Of a DNA stretch of 64,000 nt, positions 54,326 through 64,000 are shown piece by piece. Source of the stretch: Geosiphon pyriformis uo1. Taxonomy: Eukaryota > Fungi > Glomeromycota. Positions within the stretch are counted from its first letter, which is position 1; each line of letters begins with the position of its first letter. The notes under the pieces were generated by a model. That model had not been told where the DNA came from. It worked only from the letters and a program-made list of their open reading frames with translations, and made no database searches. The stretch lies in assembly GCA_016748015.1 (NCBI GenBank), contig JAAOMT010000772.1, forward strand, positions 375,541 to 439,540. Direction: 5' to 3'. The translations under genes were made by a program, and so were the position numbers.

Positions 54326-55141
54326 ATGTATGATAAAATGAAGGCAGCTATCGAAGAAGTGAAAAATTTTTTCATTGAACTACTTTTCCAATATGGGTCA
54401 CTGAATCTAGCTTCCAAAAATATTTTCCAAAACAATCTATCAAAAATGTTGGATAAACATCATATCGCTGAAAATGAATTGTTCAAATTTCTTCAAGAGC
54501 AGCGATCAGAGCCAGAGTCTAAAATATTGTTGGGAATGCTTTATATTTTAGGAATCGGTACAAAGGTTAATCCAACTCTTGGTCGGGCACACTTGGAGGA
54601 GATTGCTGAAGAAAAACATCCTATCGGAATGTATTGTGCGGCTACTCAGCAAACTGTCTCATATTACGACAGAGATAAACAAAAAGAAGTTCTCAACTGG
54701 ATAAAAAAATCAGCTGAAGCTGGATTTGCACCAGCTCAATCTCGATTAGCCGTATATTATTATGGACTATATGATTGGACTCAGTCACTCTCTTTAACTA
54801 AAGATTTTTCTCGAGCTTTTTATTGGCATGAAAGAGCTGCCAGACAAAAACATCCTCATTCCGCTATTGAACTAGCTGATGGGTATTCAAAGGGAACATT
54901 ATTATGTAATGGGAAAAAAGACTTGCGCAGAGCATTTCTACTTTGGAGAATTGGAGCTAAAGGAATTAATTTTTGCATTTTTTATTGTGAAAAATCAATT
55001 GCTATTTGTTACAAGGAGGGTTTTGGGACCATGAAAGATATGCATCAGGCCTTTAGAATCTATCATAATGCGGTGAAAAAATTTCCAGAAACATTTGCTT
55101 CGTACAACACTGAAATTTTTCTTCACGATACTTTCAATTAG
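54326..55141 (+). CDS. Sel1-like repeat (HCP-like) protein, ~271 aa
   Basis: LLGMLYILGIGT, SAEAGFAPAQSRLAVYY, KDFSRAFYWHERAA, LADGYSKG and IAICYKEGFGT repeats. First in-frame ATG is at 54326; a possible 5' UTR intron acceptor lies at ~54239. Confidence 0.88.
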   Translation: MYDKMKAAIEEVKNFFIELLFQYGSLNLASKNIFQNNLSKMLDKHHIAENELFKFLQEQRSEPESKILLGMLYILGIGTKVNPTLGRAHLEEIAEEKHPIGMYCAATQQTVSYYDRDKQKEVLNWIKKSAEAGFAPAQSRLAVYYYGLYDWTQSLSLTKDFSRAFYWHERAARQKHPHSAIELADGYSKGTLLCNGKKDLRRAFLLWRIGAKGINFCIFYCEKSIAICYKEGFGTMKDMHQAFRIYHNAVKKFPETFASYNTEIFLHDTFN

Positions 55142-55489
55142 CATATTATTCTAATTTACGTTTTATTTGTAAAACATCTGCCTGTTCTTTAAAAATTGAT
55201 GAGAAAATATTGGATATTCAAAACTTTTGAAATTATAGTATATCTAATAAATAAACTTTTTAAAAATGAGTAATTTACTGAAAATCTTTCCTTAATTTTA
55301 TATTTCAAAATCCCCCTATTGTGTCTTCTGAAGATGAGCTATATTCATTTTTGTTACAATAATTTGGAAAATAATATATTCAAATTTTTTTAATAAATGC
55401 ATGAAAATTGATGATTAATTTTAAATGATTCAAATATTTTTACGAATATTCCAGTCGAAAATAAGGTGTTTTGGTTTATTATTAGTCAA

Positions 55490-55827
55490 AATAGAATAGA
55501 ATAAAATAGAATAGAATAAAATAAAATAGAATAAAATAGAATAAAATAAAATAAAATAGAATAAAATAAAATAAAATAGAACAAAATAAAATAGAATAAA
55601 ATAAAATAAAATAGAATAAAATAAAATAGAATAAAATAAAATAAAATAGAATAAAATAGAATAAAATAAAATAGAATAAAATAAAATAAATAGAATAAAA
55701 TAGAATAAAATAAAATAAAATAAAATAGAATAAAATAAAATAGAATAAAATAAAATAAAATAAAATAAAATAAAATAAAAAAGAATAAAATAAAATAAAA
55801 AAGAATAAAATAAAATAGAATAAAATA
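55490..55827. repeat. (ATAAA/ATAGA)n pentanucleotide array
   Basis: About 340 bp of interleaved ATAAA and ATAGA units. Confidence 0.95.
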
Positions 55828-56896
55828 ACTTTTTTGGGCCCTGAAAAATATTGAACTACTTTTAAAAATGATTTATTTTTAACCCTAAAATTTTATTAGG
55901 AAATAAAAAACATTTGATAGCATTTTTTGAGATAATAATATTTATAAGTCGCGTGAAAAAACCTTACTAAATCTCTTTTAGGATGGTTTAAATAAAAAAT
56001 ATTTTTTTATTTCAAAATAATAATAATAATAATAATTATAATTATTATAATTATTAATAGTTAAAAAATAATAACAATAACAATAACAATAACAATAATG
56101 AGAATAATAAAAATAAAGAAAATAATCACTTTTAATTATTTTATTCGCTAGTTCGATTGAAATTGATTTAACTTCCTTTTCCTTTCTCTGTTCCGATAAC
56201 GCATTAAGGAATTAAATAAAAACTAAAGAGGGAAATAACAATTCTACTCGTTTTAAAGAAGGTTTGATATTTTTTGAATCACATTGGTCTATTTTCTTTT
56301 CTTTTCTTTCTTTCTTTATTTCTTTCTTTCTTTATTTCTTTCTTTCTTTCTTTCTTTCTTTTTTTGTTTCTTTTTTTGTTTCTTTGTTTGTTTCCAGGTG
56401 ATAATTAATGACAAGAAATTGAATGAACTAATCTTGCCAACACCAAGAATATTCTAAAAAAGAAATAAAAATTTTTCATAAAGTTGGAAATGAAATTTAT
56501 TTTCCAAATTAAAAACTAATCATGAATGTTTTGTTTTGTTCCATTTCTAAGTAGAATTTTTCAAAAATTAATTCATTCGGAAGGCTCTATGAAGAAAATA
56601 TTTATTTATTTATTTATTTATATATTTTCAAAAGCTAAAATTGAATAGGAAAAGTTTTATTTCCTTCAGGTTCTGAACCAGTTTTGTTTCATTTGATTTG
56701 AACAAATGAATAAAATTATGGGAAAAAAGTTTATGTTTGTTTTGTGAAATAAAAATTTTGTATTGTTTGTACGAACGAATCATTATTCGTCGATATCGTA
56801 AAAGTTTAAAATTTATTTTAACAAGATTAAAAGTAATTAAAAAAAAAATTTATTTCAAGAGATTTTAGTATAGCTTTCCTGATAATTAAACATGTT

Positions 56897-56929
<33 letters not shown>

Positions 56930-58523
56930 CTATATCTATATCTATATAAAGAAATAAATTTTATTGAATAATCTTTTTACATGTAATTTTGAAATAAAAA
57001 ATAAAAATAGTTGATCATCATTAAAAATGATTTTGTTTTTCAATTTACCGATCCAAGAGAAACTTTAAACCACCTGAACAAAAAAGAAGTTGGAAGCATG
57101 AGAAAAAAAAAATAGAGTATAATTTTCAAATGCTTCACATCGAGATATTGATTACATGAAATGATTACTTAATACAAAACTATAGAATATTTTTTTCGAT
57201 CAAGACCTCTTTGTTTTTTAATCTGGTCGAAATTTTCTAACTTTTTGAAGATGAATAAATATAAGGTTATTAATTATTATTATTATTTTTATTATTTTTA
57301 TTATTATTTTTTTAAAAAAAATAAATTTCGAAATAAAAAAATATTTTTGGAAGGTCAATGGGGCAAAGACTGGTGCATTCATTAAAAGGTTTAGAAAAAA
57401 AAAAAATACTTGTTCAACCGGTTTGAAAATTTTTTAGTCATTTTTAAAAAAATTAAAATAACCTAGAATATCAGTATATCAATAAATATAGCTTTAGACT
57501 TTTTTAATGATTAGAGAATTATGGTAATCTATTTTTTTTCAGAAACTTTCTTAAATCTCGATAGGGATCGCACCACAATTTTTAGAACATCATATTCTAT
57601 AAATATCTTCTTTTTTTATAGATATTTCCCCATTTGTGTGAATTATGAGGAATAGAAGGTATTAAGCTCTCTAATTGATATAGGGAGTATCATAATGATG
57701 ACGATATTTTAAAAATAATTTGAATTAGTAATTTATTATTCATGGATCTCAATTCATTAATAATAAATTTTGTGGAAAAGAAAAATCTAAATTCTAAGTT
57801 AGCTTTTTATTTAAGATTTTTTTTTTAATCAACCATTTTGTGGTGTTGTAATTATATGTTAAAATTAACATTTAGCGATATTAGAAACCAGTACTGATGA
57901 ACATAAAACATTAAGTAAACTTATTCTAATGGTGGGAGGGGGGGGGGGTTTTTTTTGATATTAATACCGATCTAAAATGATTAAGACTTTTTTTTTTAAA
58001 ACATGTATCATATATTATTTTTGTCTATATTCCATGCTTAAAAAATCCAAAAAATAATTTAAAACTTAATAAATCTTGATTTAATATTGCAAAGCTTATA
58101 AGCTGAATGAAAAAGAATGGAAAATTAATATATTTCTAAAAAATTTTGTTTGAAAGTGTTGAAATACTCGATATCTAATAATGGTTTTTTTTTTTGATTA
58201 ATATGAATAAATTTAATAAAAATTTTTCATAGATAGTTTTGAAAAACTGTTTCTTAAAATCATTTTTGAAGTTTATATATAATTACAACAAAAAAACCAG
58301 ATAAACTATACATAAAGTCATTGAATAATTTCAAATCGAGAATCCATTAATAATAAACTTTTAATACTTTGCGGATTTTGCTATTATAATAATAACAATA
58401 ATAATAATAATAATAATAATAATTCATAATATAATTGTTCAATTGAGTTTGGGTCAAAATGATTGCATATTGAAAAATTAAATGACAGTGATCAAATTTA
58501 TAAAAATAATCAAAATTTTAAAA

Positions 58524-58550
<27 letters not shown>

Positions 58551-58559
<9 letters not shown>

Positions 58560-58695
58560 CTATTTCTATTGAAAACTTTTCTATCAACCAATTAGATAGA
58601 TAGATAGATAGATATATATATATATATTTCTATTTCTATTGAAAACTTTTCTATCAACCAATTAAATAGATAGATAGATAGATATATATATATAT
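58551..58695. repeat. Two-copy tandem duplication (~70 bp) bounded by (TA)n/(GATA)n
   Basis: TTTCTATTTCTATTGAAAACTTTTCTATCAACCAATTA is present twice. Confidence 0.9.
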
Positions 58696-60084
58696 GTTTT
58701 CTGATTTTTGAATTAAACAAATATTAATGTTATTTTAATTTTAATTTTTTTTTAATAGATTTAATAAATTAATAATTAAATAAATTAAAATTGAATTATA
58801 TTTTAAAAAAAAAAGTTACAATATTATAATAAAAAATAAAAAATAAAAAAATGTAATATTATAATAAAAAATAAATTCTATTGTAATTATTAAATTCTAA
58901 TTTTGATTTTGATTTTAAAAACAAAAATTACAAAAAATATTAAATATTACAATTATTTTATAATTAATAAAATTATCTTTTAAAAAGTTCATAATATTTT
59001 TTGCAAAGAAAGCCTAAAACGAAAGTTTACAAGTTTTGTTTTAAATTCATTCAATGTTAAAAAAGGAATTATCTTATTAAAAAATTAAGCATAAATTAAT
59101 TGAATTTGATTAAAGGATAGTTCACAAAGTAAAATTGTTATTTTTTATAGGAAATGAAAAAAAGGCTAAACCCTAGATACTAAGAGTTTTAAGATTTGAT
59201 AATTTTAATATGTGTATGAAAATTTTCTAAAAAACCTTTTCATTTTTACTCAAACGAAAAAAGAAAGTTGATAGATATTTAACATTTTTGGCTTTTAAAT
59301 AGCTTGAAGAAATAATTTTTTTTTTAAAGTCACAACTTTTATTTAAAATACTTTTCTTTTTAAAAAAAAACAAACAAAAAAACAGAAAAGAAATCAATGA
59401 TTTACAAAGAAATGGGTAAAATGACCACATTTTCGTTGTAAATATATACAATATTTTGTACTTGAAACAGTTTTACGAATATTATGTCTACCTGGATCCC
59501 TGCACCGTACTTTTTTTTTCGCCATTAAAAATTGGCGTATGACCTGAAAAAAATAAAAAAATAAAAAATAAAAAAAAAAGGTTATAAATAATAAAAAGGA
59601 ACAAATTAAAAAACAATTAAAAAATGTCCTTTTCCGTTGTTAAAGGAAACCAATTTGAACTGAAAAATTTCAGAATTTTGAGATACGCAGACATGAAGTA
59701 TTTTCGAATAAGGTAAATATTTTTATTATTGAGTTTTTGTTGAGTTGTTATGTAATTTGAATGAGAGCTCCTCGTGACCGCAGTTTACAAAACTGTGAAC
59801 GCTCTTCTCATTACCTACCCCGAAAAGTTGTCTGGATGTATGGTTCCGGAGCCTGTGGTGAATAGGATAGATGAATTTTTTTAATAAAAGCATTTCATGG
59901 CCATAGTGTAAACTATGAATTTTTCTTATTAAATTCAATGTGAAAGAAGATTATGCTATTTATATAATTGATATAATACTAATTAATATATAAATATTGT
60001 AGTGATACACGACTTGAAAGGCGTGTTATCTAAAATATCATGAAAATTCAGTTGAATTTTTGTGTTTTCATCTAAAAGAAAATT

Positions 60085-60121
<37 letters not shown>

Positions 60122-60377
60122 ATTTAATTGATATATTATAAATTTATGTTTTAATTAATTTTTTTTTAAAAATTTAATAACAAATATTAATTATTTTTAA
60201 ATAATTGTTTATTAACAAAAATACAAATTAAATAATTTAGTTTTTAAAATTTGAAACAAATTAAATATTAAAAATATTCTATTTTTCTACTTAAAAGAAA
60301 CTTATTTCCAGATTCTTGATTTTCATGTCAAAACGTTTCGAGTTTTTTTTTTTTTTTTTTTTCAGTGGTCTAATTCT

Positions 60378-60417
<40 letters not shown>

Positions 60418-62430
60418 GATATTTATTAGTTGCAAGAAACATTTCCCAATAACAATATAGTACTGAACTAAAATTCATTATTCAGATTACCAATTTCTTT
60501 GCAAAATTTGAGGTATATAAAGTTTTAATTAAAAAAGTTTTTATGCGAAATTTAATCAGAAAAAATTATAAAATTCCAGAATAATTATATATTTTTTTAT
60601 TTAATTAAAATATTTTTAAGGGATTTATTGAATAAAAATAAATATTATTATCATCAGGCAACTTCCCCTTTCATAAGGAGAAAATTTAAAATCCAATTTA
60701 AAATATGAAACATGCTTTAGATTTTAAATAAATATAAATTATTTTTAAGTGAAAGCAAATTGAATATTTAAATTTCATCAAGATATTTAATTGTAAAGTT
60801 TATTAAAAATCTAATTTTTTATTTTTTATAGAAAACGAAAAAAAAAGTATACGAGAGAAAATTCCTTATTATCACAAGAGTATCTAAATGTGAAAATTTA
60901 AATTGTGAACTCTTAAAAGAAAATTTAAAAGAATAATAGAGTTATTAGAAAATTTTGTTGGGTAATAAAGACATTTTTGAAATCGTTTATCAAAACAAAA
61001 ATACCCTTAAAAAGTGTAAACAATAAAAAAAAAAAGTACCTTTGTTATTTAATTCACAGTTTAATTAACTTTCTTTTATCTAAAAATAATAATTTTTACT
61101 CAATCATTATTCTTGAAAGGTTAAAATTAAGAAAGAAACGATTTAAAGGTGTTTTTTTCAAAAATTTTTAACTAAATTAATATATCTCTAAAACAAATTT
61201 CAGTTTTTTAAAAAAGATAAAAACAGAAACAGAATTTCTTTTTTCGTTTTCATTTCAATTGAATTCAATTCAATTCAATTCAATTCAATTATTATTTAGT
61301 TTTGGAAATAATTATTATTAATATTTATTGAATAAATTTACCTCTCATTTAGTTTTTATTTCAAAAAAATTTTCAAAAAAATCAAATTATTTTCTACATT
61401 GATTTTAGAATTTAAAAAATTATTTTATTTTGTATAATATATATATATATAAGGTAAAATGACGAATTACGTTATTGTGGCAAAATAAGCAAAATAATTT
61501 AACTTGTGAAAAGTATGCTATTTAATAAATAGGTATTTTTTATACTCTTTTTATCACAACCCTAGAAAAATATTTTAACTTGGCCACAATATCGTAATTT
61601 GTTTTTTTTTTGTTTTTTGTTTTTCAAATATAAATTAGTTTATTTGAAACTTGAATACTAGTTATAATTAAATTAATTTAAATATTCTTTTTAATTAAAA
61701 AATGAAAAATGTTTTCACCGTTTATATATATATTAAGATTTCATATGATTCCCAATTTTCTGAAAATTTAATTCGTCACCTATTCTATAATTGGAACTAA
61801 ATTTGGCTCTTTTTAAATTAGAGTCACCTGAGTCTTCAATTCTTCATCAAAAACCTAGTTTCAGAAGGGCACACTATATTTTAAATATAAATTTCAAAAT
61901 TCTTTCTTTCTTATTTTATTTATTTATTTATTTATTTATTTATTACAATTAAACTCAAACAACTTTTATTTTTCCTCACCAAGAATATAAGATCGTTATC
62001 ATCATACTGACATACATTTCACAAAACTTGAAAAAAAGTATAAATTGCAACTGTATAAGTGTTTTTGAGTTGTTGTAAATAAACATTTTCTAGAATATTT
62101 ATATGTTAAAAAATTTATTAGTTTTATCTAAATTTATTGAGTTTAAGAGATAAATATTCTCTCTCAGTTTTTCACGATTTTAATAGTACTCGAAGAAAAC
62201 AGTTGATTTGAATCTAATCCTGCTCGCTTTATTCCCAAATCTCAGGGTTCAGAATACATAATGAAAAGTGAGAGGTCTTGATGATAGGTATCGAACTCGA
62301 AACATCAATCATTAGGGAAATATGAGTTGATTGATTTGAAAAATATATAGTTTTTGGTAACTCGAGCACTATGTACTATAAGGTCAAAACTTGATGGGAA
62401 AGTTTTTTTTTCGTGAACGTAGCTGTCCAA

Positions 62431-62464
<34 letters not shown>

Positions 62465-62835
62465 TTTTTTAAATTATATATAGAACAAGCCTTTAAAGTT
62501 TTCTTTTGAAAATTTAATTTATATTTGAAATCTGCTGTTTATACATTTTTTTACACAAGTTGGATCCTACCTAAAAGATTTTAAAATGCATACTGTGTAA
62601 AACTTGAAAGTATGTCACTCTCTATCCCAAAATTTACAAAATTGTAATAATAACAGGTTTTTTCAATGCACCTGAAAATTTATAAAAATTCAGATTGATG
62701 AAACTGAGACAGTATCCTATGTATTGAGGATTGGAAATTGGGATAACAGTATAGATTTGGAGAAAGAGAGGTTGATTTGGCTATTTATTCAGGAAACCTA
62801 AATTGTAATAATTAGGTGTAACAGATAAATTCCTT

Positions 62836-62891
<56 letters not shown>

Positions 62892-62938
62892 GTGCTNNNN
62901 NNNNNNNNNNNNNNNNNNNNNNNNNNNNNNNNNNACAC

Positions 62939-63054
<116 letters not shown>

Positions 63055-63931
63055 CCCACCTCCCACAACAGTAAAAACTCCAAATTGAATAGTAAAATTG
63101 ATTTCGAGATTTTTATTTTTAAGAACTTCTCTTACCGTCGAAAATTTCCCCATGATCAGATTCTTTTTAAAATCACTATTTTGAAATTCTGCTTTAAAAA
63201 TAAAATTTCTACTTTACTCTTTCAAAAAGAGCTATAAAACGCAATTTTTGATTTACTTTTTTGAAAATATTATTATTTTATTGCAACTTAAAGAAAAATA
63301 CATTTTTTGAAATCACAATTCTTTTAAAACAAATTTAAAAAATTCATAAATTAAAATATTCTCTAATAGCTTTATGTATCATTTTTATTTGATTTTTTAC
63401 TTTTCATCTGAACGGTCAAAGGGGAAATTGCTGCGTCATTAAACTTGAAAGAAATTTTTTTTTTCCAAATAAAACTCTAAAAAAAGTTATTCACCGAAAC
63501 CCAATCAATCATCTTATCTGAAAATGCCCAACATTGAGAAAATTTATATGGCACACCCTCCGACCCTTTTCGCACTTTTTCTCTCTCTCTCTCTCTCTTT
63601 CTCTCTTTCTCTCTTTCTCTCTTTCTCTCTCTAAATCTATCATTTTTTTCTTCTCCTCTTCCTCTTTTAACTTTTTCTCCTTTCTCATATTTTCTCTACT
63701 CATCCCTGGAAAGCTTTTCATTTGATCAAAAATCTTTTCCGATTTTTGCTTCACCATAAACCTTTTTCAAAAAATCCGAAATATCAATCTAATTCTTTGA
63801 AAAGTTTAGAGTAGACATTCGCAACTTTACTTGTGCAACCTGTTGTTGATTTCCAATTGGTCTAATCACATGGTTTTGTCAAAATAACTGCTCTCGACTT
63901 TGAAGATTTCTTCAATACTTCTTTAAACCCC

Positions 63932-64000
63932 ATGACTTCGGTTGCTCCTTCTCCGAGGAAGCGTCGCCTGTCCAACTCTTCACCAGAAGGTAATAAAGGA
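63932..64000 (+). CDS. Probable N-terminus of a gene running off the window (MTSVAPSPRKRRLSNSSPEG...)
   Basis: ATG after a CT-rich leader, a shift to coding-like GC and an NLS-like PRKRR. Only 23 codons are visible. Confidence 0.5.
   Translation, partial: MTSVAPSPRKRRLSNSSPEGNKG

Overview
AT-rich, microsatellite-dense eukaryotic DNA with short GT-AG introns. It most resembles an early-diverging fungus (Glomeromycota-like; inference only). Positions 1-9469 hold a near-complete but inactivated Ty3/Gypsy LTR retrotransposon with unusual content: a Cys-rich domain and a dUTPase between protease and RT, integrase in its own frame, and an extra non-env ORF running into the 3' LTR. Its two LTRs differ at 43 of 575 comparable positions by my manual count, all transitions with no indels. 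A second, more decayed and truncated relative follows (10092-12030). Host genes are a spliced secreted CAP/SCP protein (19221-20316), a Crz1-like C2H2 factor (36564-38090), a Sel1-repeat protein (54326-55141) and a probable gene start at the right edge. Two related non-LTR retroelement 3' ends are present, one with a 16-bp TSD. The best hidden signal, absent from the ORF track, is a deletion-riddled IS607-type element on the minus strand (~52446-54060) carrying remnants of a serine-recombinase TnpA and a TnpB/Fanzor2 RNA-guided nuclease, with a candidate omegaRNA hairpin at its right end.
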